NCBI RefSeq assembly: GCF_006345805.1 | Contig: NC_043007.1 | Span: 6,572,001 to 6,636,000, forward strand | From: Octopus sinensis | Taxonomy: Eukaryota | Direction of reading: 5' to 3' | Length of the DNA: 64,000 nucleotides | Part shown: piece by piece, positions 28,683 to 41,404 of the stretch | Numbering within the stretch: the first letter of the stretch is position 1 | Layout: each line of letters begins with the position of its first letter | Notes under the pieces: model-generated | Told to the model about the DNA's origin: nothing | Databases searched by the model: none | What the model saw: the letters and a program-made list of their open reading frames with translations, nothing else | Made by a program: the position numbers and the translations under genes

Positions 28683-28832
28683 CATCAGCTTTCCTCACCA
28701 GTGATGACCTTCAAAAGAACTTCCAACTGTTCACGATACACATTCAATCAGAATCGATATAAATGAATCAAGGTGATATAATCATTGGAGTATCGGGAAG
28801 ATTACTTTGCGTTTTACTTCCGTCAATTTACG

Positions 28833-28925
28833 TTCAAATCATGCCTTGGTCAACTTTGCCTTTTCCCCCTTTGGGGTCAATTAAGTAATGTACCAGTTAA
28901 GTATTGGGGTCAATTATATCCACTA
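28833..28925 (+). mobile_element. SINE internal fragment
   Basis: GGTCAACTTTGCCTTTT..TTTGGGGTCAAT..GTACCAGTT..TGGGGTCAAT, from the family of 25835-26068. Confidence 0.6.
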
Positions 28926-30224
28926 AAGAGCTCTTCGCAAATTGCTGACTTGTGCCTTAATTAGAAACGATTATTAATGTTATTATATTTCATTGATGCC
29001 TTATCAAATTTTTCGCAAACCATTTACTAATCATTTGCGAAGATACTTTCACTTTCCTTCCCATTACGTATAAACGCGCGCACACACACAAACGATGCAT
29101 ACATACATACCTTCATACATGCATGCACACTCATACACACACATTCTTATACACATAATCGTGTTAATTTTCTCCGTAATACGAGGAGACTATTGCAAGC
29201 AAGTCTTGCTAATCGTTAACACTAAACGACCATTAATGTTGTATACGCAGGTGAGCGTACATGAATAATCATTTCGAATTGACACATTTACACAGAATTA
29301 AAAATAAAGAGCTGTTGAAACAATATTTGCAATATTAATTATTTGTGCTTACAAATTGTATTCCAGAAATATTACCAAGTCAGGCTGAATAAGCAGTGTA
29401 ATGCATGTTTTAATATTGTATGAAACAGGATATCGATTCACCTGCAAGCAACTTGTTACTTTCTGCACTTACAAACTACGCGTGCAGTTTGCTCTTATTA
29501 ACGTTTCTTAATCAACAAATAGTCATCAAAATCTGCACACTGCTGTGGTTAGTCTTCGAAATCTGCGTTTCATTTGTTCACGAGATTAGAATAAGGAAAC
29601 ACCGAAAAAATAACTGACGAACGACTAAAATTTGTGAAGGTGAAGTTGACGAGGAAAGTAGAAAAGAGGGAAGAATATGGGAAGGCTAAAATACGTCAAT
29701 ATGTGATGCCAAACTTAATATTATAGTGCATGTTTTTCAAAGTCTTTAAGTTTTCGTATTATATTCCAGTCTTAGTTTTAAATACAAAACACAAAGAACT
29801 TCATCTCAATCATCTCATCCACATAAAAGGTATTCTGCGGGTATTTATGTATGCATGTATGTATGTATGTATACATGTGTGTGAGCTTGTGTGTTTGTGT
29901 GTGGAAACATACATATATATATGTATATTGTATATGTGTGTGTGCGTGTATTATATATATATATATATATATACGCAAACATGCATGCATATATATATAC
30001 ATGTATACATCATTGCAACTTAACTTATTTGCTGCATATATATATATATATATACACACATCATATATATATATATACATACATCATACATATATATATA
30101 TACATCACACCACACCACACTACACCATACAACATTACACATCACATCAAAACACACCACCCACACACCAGCACTGACACATTCCCATCCGCACATTTTC
30201 AAACCTACACGTACATACACGCAC

Positions 30225-30565
30225 ACATCCAGACCACCAGCCCTCTTTTACACGCACATACGTACTCTCTTATACACACACCCACCTTCGTATTGAGGGT
30301 CATCTTCACTTTGTTATCTCCCCTATTTCTTCGCTCTCCTGTGTGACCCTTCTGTCCGCAGTCGCCATGATAGATCAGTTGCCACTACACACATTTTTTC
30401 TCTCTCTTTGTTTCTCTCCTTGTTTTTTTTTGTGTCCCTTTCTGTAGAAGAGCGTAGACTCGAAACGTAAAATACTTTTTCTATTCCTGAGCGTTATAGT
30501 AATACATCTGTTTGTTTTGTACACCACCTGTCTTCGTCTTTTGACTTTTTCGTGAACTCTTCCCC
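30225..30565 (+). mobile_element. Penelope-pLTR-like repeat, copy 2
   Basis: Aligns along its length with 54715-55058 (ACCAGCCCTCTT..CTCTCCTGTGTGAC..ATGATAGATC..TGCCACTACA..GAAGAGCGTAG.CTCGAAACGT) and ends at a (TA)n array. Confidence 0.75.
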
Positions 30566-30580
30566 ATTATATATTTATAC

Positions 30581-30686
<106 letters not shown>

Positions 30687-30835
30687 CATGTATGTGTGTG
30701 TGTAAACTACAAACATGGGACAAGAACGCAAAACATCCAGACAGATGATACAAAGAAAACAAGCACGAAAAATGAAGGGAGAAATGTTACACAAATAGAA
30801 ATGTGAATAACAGGACATAACAACAAGTGTCTTTC

Positions 30836-31056
30836 GAAAATTGCTCTATGCTAACTGAATAACCGAACATGGAGACTTGAAAGTCATAACACACAGACAC
30901 ACTCACACATGTATATATACACATATGTATATGAATGAATGGGAAAATGAAGAAAATAGAAAGAATCGACGTACAGACGTTATTTATCTTAAGAAATTCC
31001 AGTTCTTGTGGAATTTCCTGCCTACAGCTTTTTCCACACCCAACCAATTCAATTAC
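30836..31056 (+). repeat. Direct repeat copy 1 of a ~220-240 bp segment (copy 2 at 33603-33844)
   Basis: GAAAATTGCTCTATG..AACCGAACATGGAGACTTGAAAGTCAT..GAATGAATGGGAAAATGAAG..CCAACCAATTCAATTAC is present twice in the same orientation with few substitutions. Confidence 0.92.
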
Positions 31057-31127
31057 GAATTAAATAAAGCTGGCGTGTTTATATTTAAAAAAAAAATATA
31101 TATATAAAGCATATATATATAAATAAA

Positions 31128-31163
<36 letters not shown>

Positions 31164-31174
31164 CTTTTATTTTT

Positions 31175-31604
31175 ATTTTTATTTTTATTATCATTTGTCC
31201 TACGAGTCCCCGGGAGATGGGTAAAGGGACAATCTTTGTGCAAACACAATCTCTCTCGCTGGGAATAGCGGCAGATTTGGGGATTCCTTGTTTGCGATAT
31301 TGGTGGTTGTGGTGGTGTTGTAATAGAGCATGTATTATGGTGGTTGCTGTTGTATTTTGTGGGGATAGAACGTTTTGTCCCAGGTAAATGGGTAAATTTG
31401 CAGTCTCTATCAGTGCATAATCTATAGCGGAGAGAATAGCAGCAAATCATGGGGTTTCGAGTGGGTGTGTAGGTGCGTGTGCGAGTTGTGAGAGGTTGTT
31501 GTTGAGGTGTAGATGATAGTTTCTTGAAGTTTGGACGACCTTTGTGACCTGTGGGAGTAGAACTCTTGAACAAGAAGTAGGAGGTAGATTCCTTGAGGAA
31601 GCAT

Positions 31605-31661
<57 letters not shown>

Positions 31662-32315
31662 GCAGAAGAGATGTTGACAGTGATAATGATTGAGGAGATG
31701 GATTCCATGAGATAGCGGTAGACAAAGATGGTTTTGATTGATAGTGGTTGTAGTAATAGTAGTAGTAGGTAGAGGAGATGATGTTGATAGTGATGATGAT
31801 TGAGCTACTGGGACAGTGAAAGGAAGGTGTGGTGCTTCCTGCTGTGAGACCCTGTTGACTGTGGGGGGGGGGTAATCGTTTCGTTTAACAAATCGGCCAT
31901 TGTAGATGAATCAAGGAGTGGTTCATATTGTTGTTGTTGCCACTGAGGTTGTTGTTGTCGATGCTGCTGAAGTTGTTGTTGTGCCGGTGATGCGTTCGAA
32001 GAGAAAACACATCTCAGTTTATCGAAGTGTTTGTTGATTAATTTAAAAGCTACTTCGATTTGTTTTAATTTATTTTGTATCTGCTGTTCAGATCGACTTT
32101 TCAAAAGGTGAACTGTCTGTTTAGCAATTTTGTTCAGACACGAAGCACTTATGTTTTCCGTTTGGGTAAGGCAATGCCATGCGTTTACTAGAACGTCGAT
32201 TTCGTTATCGGACCAGTTTTGTTCGGATTTTTTATGGCTAGCCATCAAAAATGATGCGATTGTTCGCAAAAATGATGCAATTGTTCGCAAAATTGATGCA
32301 ATTTGTTCGCAAAAA
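31175..32315 (-). mobile_element. 5' half of a CR1/L2-group LINE (5' UTR repeats plus ORF1); ORF2 absent
   Basis: ATG at 32245 opens MASHKKSEQNWSDNEIDVLVNAW..RSEQQIQNKLKQI, then a Q-rich tract, EPLLDSSTMADLLNETI, and two CCCH motifs (31388-31444, 31217-31273) homologous to those 5' of the APE-RT at 44281-44511. Confidence 0.82.
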
Positions 32316-33602
32316 TTTTAAGCTTTTTACTAGATTTTCAAAAGAATTTTAATAAAAGGATTCTGGTTTTGAAGATAAACCAGATTCTATGTATGTTTAT
32401 GTGTTATGCCTTGTTCCCATTGAGACTGTTTTATTGAAAATCACCGAGGAAATATTGTGGATCAATTATCTTAGAATGTTCTCTTGAAGATAATAAATAA
32501 ATGTCATTTTCGAATTCAATGTTATGAAAACACGTAGTTCGGGTTAAAATCTTCTGACGACAGAAGAAAAGAAAAACATTGTCAGTGTAATCAGAGACGC
32601 ACAATTACAATGTGGGGTCTGCCTACCCTACATAGATATCCGGGCCGTAACACACGTACAAACACTTCCATACGCATAAATGTATAACCTGTCATATTCG
32701 ATATATCCTACACGCCAGTATACACATCAATAATGGCTCAGGGTCCTGACCAAAAAAAAAAAAATTCTTATATTCACGCTGCTCGATATGTGTTTCAGCA
32801 GCAAGCTAATAATGCGTATCGTTCAAACCTGAGTGGTTACTAAAAATAATCGTCAGTTATTGCGCTGCATGAAAACACTGTTAACGTCTGTCACAGTTTA
32901 CTAGCGTTCAGCAATGGCCATGTAAAATAGGGAATGTTGCACACAACCAATTTCTACTTGTTACTGAGGAAGCCACCTTAAATATATCGACAGACGTAAT
33001 GCTTCTGGCCGGCAGGAAACAGACAATTCTAATTCACTGAGAGTATTTCGATAACTGTTTTAATCTATTTCAATTTAAATGACGTCGGTAATGTTTTAAA
33101 GAAAGGCGTGGATTTCATACAATTTAACGATTTGTCCATATAAAGGAGCTGAATTAATGATACATAAGAAATTATCTGCATCGGAAGAACAGAAAATAAG
33201 AAAAAATTATAAATAAAGACAGTAGAATATATACTGCCTCTCATTCTTCGTAATTGATTAATGAATAATTACCATATATTTGAATACATATGGAACATGT
33301 AATCAATTAATTATTAAATCTCAAGACAATTAAATAGTCTAGACAATTTTTTTCTGATTATTGATTGTAGAGTGATTGTTATATTTGAAATTTTCAAAAA
33401 GTGATTAGAGATGTAGTTTAAATAAATAAAGATGTGATTAAAACACTGCACTAATCGGATGATAGAAGATTTAATCAATAAAATAAATTTGAAATATTAG
33501 GGTCAAATCTGTCGGACTATACATTGAAATATTATTGGTTCGCATTTTGCTAACTGTGTGTGCATTCTCCGTAGAAAGATTAGTATAGGTTCATGCTTCA
33601 AT

Positions 33603-33844
33603 GAAAATTGCTCTATGGTAACTGAATAACCGAACATGGAGACTTGAAAGTCATGAAATAATGCAACACACACACCACACACACACACATGTATATATAC
33701 ACACACATATATATATATATGAATGAATGGGAAAATGAAGAAAATAGAAAACATCGACGTACAGACGTTATTTATCTCAAGAAATTCCAATTCTTGTGGA
33801 AATTCCTGCCTACAGCTTTTTCCACACCCAACCAATTCAATTAC
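33603..33844 (+). repeat. Direct repeat copy 2 (partner of 30836-31056)
   Basis: See copy 1. Confidence 0.92.
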
Positions 33845-35312
33845 AGAAATAAAATTAGAATTCCCATATCTGAAACCAGTCAATTGGGTATTTCTTCAGA
33901 GAGAATTTCTAAAAGGAAGTTACATTATGACGTGTAGGCTAACCTACGACAAACTCAGATGTGTGCGTTTTCGTGAAGGCAAGCATTCTTTAGAAAACCG
34001 TTATCACCAGATATGCATAAATAAAAACATTCAAGATATTTGTGCTCGAGCAAATACGATACAATATAGTTCATCGGTGGCGTTATGGTAGCTAAGGAGA
34101 CATACCACAGAAAGAAAAAGACAGATAAAAACTAGTGAGTGGGGGTGGGGGGAGAACGTTATAGATAAAACGTGAAGAAGGGGATGGCGGTCACACATGT
34201 CAAGTAGTTAAGCATGAGTTTCTTAACAATACTGAAGATTACTTAAACGTCTTACATCAACTGCCATTTAATTCCAGCTAAAATTCTTACGTCATCAATA
34301 TTTGCGTAAATATACGGTGAATACTGGTTATGTAAACACAAGCAGAACCGATATATCATCATATATAGAAACTTTATGTGACAACCAAGTACACTAGAGC
34401 TGTCATTACCCAAAGGCAATATGTTATATCTCAAGCCGAGTCCAATAGGTTACTATTGAAAAAGTTTAACTAAATATTTTAGAGAAGTATTTTTAATTAA
34501 ATTTTCAGTAAAATACAATGAAAAGAAACCAAAGAAATATCTTTAACATATCTTCAATGATTTAATACAATTGTTTCTGTACCAACTTTATTTACAACGG
34601 AAGTTTACGCAACATTTCTAAATGGAAACTTACGTCATGTTTGCAGTTTTAGACATTAGAGAGTCACTTCATTAGACTTGCATCAAAGGTGTGCCCTCAG
34701 ATTGTGCGTCTCCCAGACCTTGTTTTTATTTTATCTTATATCCAGAGAAAACAAGAAAAAGTAAAACTATGGATATGGTCTGAGTAAGAGGAGCAGAGGT
34801 TTTGGAGGGGGCGGAAAACAAGAGGAAGGATATTCGTACAGTTGGATGTAAGATTTCGACTCTACTGGTTTGAGCTCAATGTAGATCCAGTTAGATAGTT
34901 TCCTATTGTACTTTTTACCAGTTTTACCAGTTATGATACACAGAGCAAATGTAGTGGGACATAAAGGCAAAAGCAATTATAAACTAGCAGTATTACATTT
35001 CGGCATTGTAATTATTGGGGACCCAAAATTTGATTTTGCAGATGCATTTGGAAGGCAAGTTGCAGTTGATCATCGACGGAAAATTTGATTGCATTCTCTT
35101 CAAGAGCTCAAATACCTGAGGTCAGACAGATGGCGAGGGAATTTATAGTTAGTCATCTAATTACAGTTGGAATAGCTAATGAAGATTTTAAAACAATTGT
35201 AGTGAAGGTAGGAACTATTAATTTTCTTTGCGTTTATCTTAATTTTCCACTACAAGAATATATATATACGTATGTATGTGTAAAGCGTATATGCACATAT
35301 ATATATGTATAT

Positions 35313-36046
35313 GTTAGTTAGTTAGTTAGTTAGTTAATTTGGCTCAAAAGCAAATAGCAAGGCCATGTAGGGGGACATGGAGTTAAGTACAGGGTGGTGT
35401 TCATGTAAAGAGTTCAGGCCACTTGAGGTCCAGGGAGGCTTTGAACAAAGCGGTCGTCGGCATCTTCACCATCTCGTCTGGCAGCTTGTTCCACGGATCC
35501 GCAACCCGGACGGAGAAAACTCCTCTCCTTCGATTGAGATGAAATCGTCGCAGGTAGAGCTTTTCGGAATGACCTCGCAGCCGACGCTCTGGAGCAGGAG
35601 TGAAGAACAGCTCTTTCGAGAGGTTACACTTTCCGCTTATGATGTTGTGGGCGAGAATGAGATCACCACGGCGGCGGCGTTTTTCAAGAGAATAAAAGTC
35701 GAGCGTCCTCAGCCTTTCTTCGTAGGACAAATTTTTGAGACCATGAACCATGCGGGTAGCCAGCTTCTGGACTCTTTCGAGATGGTGTATGTCTTTGAGG
35801 AGATAAGGAGAAGAGGCTTGAATCCCATACTCCAATATGGGTCTCACAAGCGTGACATAGAGTGGTAGGAATATGGCTGCTGTGAGCATTCCGAATGACC
35901 GTCGAATCAAGAACAGAATTCCGCGTGCTTTGTTGGCAGCATGGACGCACTGGGCCGAAGGCGAAAAGGAGGAATCCCCTAAGACACCCAGGTCCTTTAC
36001 CTGATCGGTCCTGTCCAGCAGCAGACGACCCGGCTCGAAATCAAGT
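35313..36046 (-). mobile_element. Young 5'-truncated CR1-clade LINE 3' end with (AACT)n tail
   Basis: Stop-free frame ~36045 to 35401: QVKDLGV..KARGILFLIRRSF..LYVTLVRPILEY..LERVQKLATR..YEERL..SLEKRRRRGDLI..RLRGHSEKL..RVADPWNKLP. A short 3' UTR and a tandem AACT tail (35313-35336) follow; the flanks are TA-rich. Confidence 0.92.
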
Positions 36047-36117
<71 letters not shown>

Positions 36118-36518
36118 AAAAAAAGTCAAGATAGAAAATGCTAAAATAATTTTATAAAAAACAAAACATTTCAGTACCGGTTCAGTCATTGAGACTTTTT
36201 CAACTGTAAAAATTAAATAATTAAGTTTAGGAAAATTAAAAGAAAAGTTTTTTAAAAGAATATTTGTATAGTGTTTAAATAGAAGTGGGATTTTCCTTGT
36301 TTCTGCCTGTCTCTGTCTCTCTTGCTTACTCTTGTGGATGTATATATATATATATATACATCCATATTCATTTAATAGTATATATTATATACTATAAATA
36401 CAAGACTCTATATCCTTTAAATTCTAACACTTGAAATCCGCCAACACAATGATGACGAATACATATAAATGCATACATACATGTGTGCATTTATATATTT
36501 ATTGTAAAACAAATATTC

Positions 36519-36576
<58 letters not shown>

Positions 36577-37254
36577 TCCTAATTGGTGACCAAGTTTATT
36601 CACTGTATCTGTCATATCAGCAGCTGATCACGTAATCCAATGAAGAATATGAACCAATTAGGAGCGAGTGCAAAGAGCACAAGAGCAGCAGATCACAGTA
36701 TATTGATAATGCAAAAAACTATGGCCTGAAGCATAATGTCTGAGGAGTCCGCTTTGAACTGATGTTATTCTGGATTCTGTTTTTCACAGCTTGAGCTTAT
36801 TATTTGTATCACAGCCATTGGCTCATCACTAACTTTTGTAGCGTAATCTGCTGGTCGGAAATAGTGTGAAATACTTATACCTACACACAAGTACATATGT
36901 AAATACGTACTCACACAGACAGACACACATACACACACATGCACATATACACGTACATATAAGTAGCCGCAGGCTCTGTTCGTGTATCAGTATTCCCGTG
37001 AAAAGCGTTCGAATGTCAGAAATTGTAGCCTATGATTTCGACAACTGCTGATAGGTGGAATAAAGAGAATGGACAGAACGACTTCTGTAATTAATCATTT
37101 AAGCTGGAAAATGTCAAGAGATAAGACTAGACATGATTACAAAGCTATACAATAATATCATAAAAATATAACTACAGCAAGTGGTGTCCGTCGTTACTAA
37201 GGTAACGGAAACAGCCAGTTTTAAGGGGAATTTGAACCACCTACCCGCCAGCAC

Positions 37255-37270
37255 AATCACCACCACCACT

Positions 37271-37311
<41 letters not shown>

Positions 37312-37690
37312 TCATCATCCTCTTCCTCCTCCTCATCATCATATTCCTCATAATCAGCCTCCTCCCCTCCTCCTCCTCCTCATCATCATCATTATCATTC
37401 ACCGTCATCCTCATCATCATCATCATATTCCTCATCATCATTCACCGTCGTCATCCTCCTCCTCCTCATCTTCATCATTCATCATCGTCCTCATTCTCAT
37501 CATCATCAACATCATCATCATCATTCACCGTCGTCCCCCTCCCCCTCAACTCCTCCTCATCATCATCATCTTCGTCGTCGTCGTCGTTCTTGTTATTGTG
37601 TGCCACGTCATCAGCATCCATCTCCGAACTCCTTCTCTCCCCCTCCACCTCATCATCACCATCAACACCATCATAATTACTATCCTTATA
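37255..37690. repeat. (CAT)n/(CCT)n-rich low-complexity tract; second (CAT)n at 37985-38095
   Basis: Direct inspection, with internal sub-repeats such as CATCATTCACCGTC and CATATTCCTCAT. Confidence 0.9.
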
Positions 37691-37705
37691 ATCATAGTCG
37701 TTCAA

Positions 37706-37925
37706 GGCGGTGGGAGCTGGCAGAATCGTTAGCACGCCGGGCGAAATATTTAGCCATATTTCGCCCGTCGCTACGTTCTGAGTTCAAATTCCGCCGAGGT
37801 CAACTTTGCCTTTCATTCTTTCGAGGTCAATAAATTAATAACCAGTTCAATACTGGGGTCGATGTGATCGAGTGTCTCCCTCCCCATAAAATCCAGGCCG
37901 TGTGCCTAGAGTAGAAAGGATTATA
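37706..37925 (+). mobile_element. tRNA-derived SINE
   Basis: GGCGGTGGGAGCTGGCAGAATCGTTAGCACGCCGGGCGAAAT..GAGTTCAAATTCCGCCGAGGTCAACTTTGCC. Confidence 0.88.
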
Positions 37926-38038
37926 ATTATAATCGCTGTGACCTCATTATCATTGTCACCGACGTATTCATTGTAATGACAGTCGTCATCACCATCATCA
38001 CCATCATCACCATCATCATCATCATCATCATCATCATT

Positions 38039-38072
<34 letters not shown>

Positions 38073-38699
38073 CCACCATCATCTTCATCATCATTACGAT
38101 TCTTCTTTAATGTTCAAAAAGTAATTCACTTTTAGAAAACATTGAAAATGAACAGAAAAAATGGTTAAATCACAAGGAATCACTTCCAGCCGAGAGACAT
38201 AATTAAGTTTGACAGACTTCTACAACATTACACTCACAGACGTTAGACAAAATAATTGTAGACGCTTTCAGACAACTTTTCCCACAAGACTTTTCCCACA
38301 TTTCACTGCAAAGAACAGTGTATCTGTCAAAAGTAGGTGAATTACAAACAAATCAACGTTTTGGGACTCAAAAGACAAGATCAAAAAACATACGGAAATA
38401 ACATCGGAAATAAACAGAAGAAGAAAGCAAATATCAGATATGGTTTTCTTTCCAACATATTCCTACAGAGCATTGTAAATCTTTATATGACAATTAGTCG
38501 CTTTGGCACCTCTAATAGTAAGCACACCTGCGAACTATGTGTGCTAAAGACACAATCCGAGTACACTGGCGAATTAAACTTTACGCACACATCCGCAGAA
38601 AGAAAGCCATTGGGTGGCAGTGGCGGTGGTGGGAATCGTTAACTCACAGCTGTTAATGTCTGGGATTCACCTTTAGCATGCGGACTGCAACAAATTCAG

Positions 38700-39800
38700 G
38701 TGTTCTGCTCGAGAAAACAACGGGGCACCCTATCTGATATTCAAAACCATGAATTTATCCACATGATTCCAATACATGAATCACTGCACTATAAGCAACT
38801 TCCCGACTAATCAAAAGCTTTATCGAAATTGATCCGACAAAACACAGAAAGAGGGAGTCGATATTAAGTTCAAGAATTATATTGTCAGTGTAAAGTTTAC
38901 AGTGTAAACCCTGACAATAAGCCCTCCTTAATTCGATAAGTGAAACGCGATAAAAGGATTCTGAATCCTATAATTCCGGCTCTGGTAAAGTTATTAGCAT
39001 ATATCTGGAATACATAGACGCTAAACAACATATTGAATACCCCCAATGTCTACAATTATTAGCAGCAACATTAGAAAATCTTCAGAGCATGGAAACTGTT
39101 GAAAATTACAACACAGCTTTAACTAAAATGGCAATCCATACAGTTTACACTTGTCATGCATCTCCACATCAATTACTTCTCTGCTATTCGGGACAAGTGT
39201 TCCGAAAAGTACATTTCCCGTGACACAACTCGCGAATCTTGCTCGGAAATTCATGATAGTTTCAATAACAATGAAACAAGAAGTAAGTCACTTTGTCTAG
39301 CGTCGACATCTGGATTCTGTTACTTGATAGACATTATTTAAGCACTCCCACAAGGAATAATTAAAGACAATGATTCAGACATTTTGTTAACACTTGATAG
39401 ACAGAGACACCGACACACGGCATTTGACAAAAGGATGGCTATGTAGGATAAGGTAGGCATAGATCGAATACATTATATCTACTACAGAGGGATTTTTTTT
39501 ATAGATGAACTGCTTTTGAAAATAAATAATTTCAGTTGCTATTGGTGATGAGGAATGAAGAAAACCAACTGAAATTGTCTCACAAGTATTCAGCCTGGAC
39601 ACTTCTCAAGGCTATGTTGTTGACAAGAATAATATCATTTAGTACCAAAGTAGTCCGGATTAATTGATCATTTTTTATCTGTATGACCGCAGACCTTAAC
39701 ACATCACTTTCACAGCTTCATATACAGATGACATCCCACTGATAAATATCCGGTTCTAGACAACAATATTAACTCGAAAACTTTCAATATTTTCCTGGCT
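38700..39800 (+). pseudogene. Possible very old LINE RT remnant
   Basis: Only scattered motifs in plausible order: TAFDK (~39420), SQGYV (~39605), SYTDDIPL (~39720); many stops. Confidence 0.35.
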
Positions 39801-40247
39801 GAGAACAACACCAAAATAAAAAAAAAGTAATTACAATTCATCTATTGTGATCGCAAAAAGAGAAACAAAAATCTTAACACTTACACAGAAAACGAAAACA
39901 GTGAAGACTCGGAAATGAATGTAAATATAGGATTAAAGCTGTAAGCGATGACAATCATATAACTCAAATGGCTTCCACATACTATAGGTGGTCATTGACT
40001 TCCTCTTAGCGGAACTTACTCCATTGTTACCTTAGGGCCATGATCTCAGATCAAAAGATAACATCATCCTATTGTTGGGTCTCACTCTAGATATACTGTG
40101 TTGGAGAACACACCACTAATATCATGTGGAGAGCAACTTTTGTACACAGGTCATATCGCGCTCTCTATTCCTCTCATTCACTAATTTTTTTTTTTTTACT
40201 TCTGAAAATACTTTACATGACTTTGGCAATATTCAGAATCTACGTAA

Positions 40248-40560
40248 GGAAGGGTAAAAGAAGCACTTCGGTCATAGATGACCCTGGGATTGCATCTAGA
40301 AAGTTACTCTCCGAGGCACACGTCTGGGTGAGGTTGTTTATAGAAGACCAGCAATCGCCCATGCATACCGGCCTCCCTTTTCCACGCTACCAATGTTATC
40401 CAAGGGAAAGGCAAAGGGGCCGATACATCTGGGCAGCAGTGACATCGCAATTCATTTCTACAGCTGAGTGAACTGGAGTGGCATGAATAAAAAAAAAATG
40501 TCTTGCACAGGAACAGAACACAGAGCCTGGTCCGGGACCAAATTCACTACTACATGACTG
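40248..40560 (-). mobile_element. SINE of a third family (tRNA-like head plus conserved core)
   Basis: Minus-strand head-like GTGAATTTGGTCCCGG followed by GTGTTC..GCAAGAC..CTCCAGTTCACTCAGCTGTAGAAATG, which resembles conserved SINE core domains (from recall). Confidence 0.55.
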
Positions 40561-41130
40561 TGCCTTCACATATGCTTATTTACGTATGTTTATACAAAAC
40601 TGAGAAGCTATATTCTGCCACTCAGCCTGCGAGTAATAGTCCCCAAACCTACCTTAATAGAAACTGTTCAGGTTTTAACAGGAAGGGCTCAATGGATAAC
40701 TTATTCTCTCTCAAACAGCGGGAATATTCCTGAGTGGAATGACTTTCAACATAGAATGGTGTACAATAATAAATTGAATAGTGTATATACAAAAGAGAAG
40801 AGAAATTATAAGAGAGATGGCGAACTCATGTTTTTGAGGTGACGCCTGAATGTGAAGCATAGTCCTAGGTAGGGTCGCAACATAATATAGTAAATGTGGA
40901 TCTGATGATTACAGAGTGTTGTTGGATGGTCAATCCGCCATTAATATATTGATGAGAGTTGATTAGGAACTATAACTTCAGATAGGAGGTGTTCTATAGT
41001 TGGGACGTTCGGTAAGAAAATATCAAAGTTGATTTCAACAGGATCTGATCTAAGAAACATTAGAAGTAGGGCTAAATACCAGTTGTATTAAAATCCGTCG
41101 GAGAATAGCTTCTGATATATAATTTAAAAT

Positions 41131-41345
41131 GGCGTCGAACTGGGAGAATCGTTAGCACGCCAAACAAAACGCTTAGCGGCATTTTGTCCGTCTTTACGTT
41201 CTGTGTGCATATTCTGCAAAGATTGACTTTGCCTTTTATCCTTTCGGGGTCTATAAAGTAACTATCAGTTACGTACTGGGATCGATATAACCAAATTTCG
41301 CTCACCCCAAAAAATGTCTGGTCTTGTGCCAAAATTTGAAACTAA
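41131..41345 (+). mobile_element. Diverged tRNA-derived SINE
   Basis: GGCGTCGAACTGGGAGAATCGTTAGCACGCC..TTACGTTCTG..TTGACTTTGCCTTTTATCCTTTCGGGGTC. Confidence 0.8.
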
Positions 41346-41404
41346 TATATAATTCAAAATTTGTGTTTGTGTGCTAATATGCACTGTCTGACTTACTAAT
41401 CTTT

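Noticed and set aside
33760-33883. Minus-strand VIELVGCGKS resembling a P-loop, preceded by a tttcag acceptor-like site
   Set aside because: It lacks the upstream Gly of GxxxxGKS and any Walker B context; both strands are open, and substitutions between the two repeat copies do not favour this frame.
34746-35208. Possible small exons (34746-34783 and ~35104-35208) with ag/gt signals
   Set aside because: They cannot be joined in a consistent phase with other candidates, and no family was recognised.
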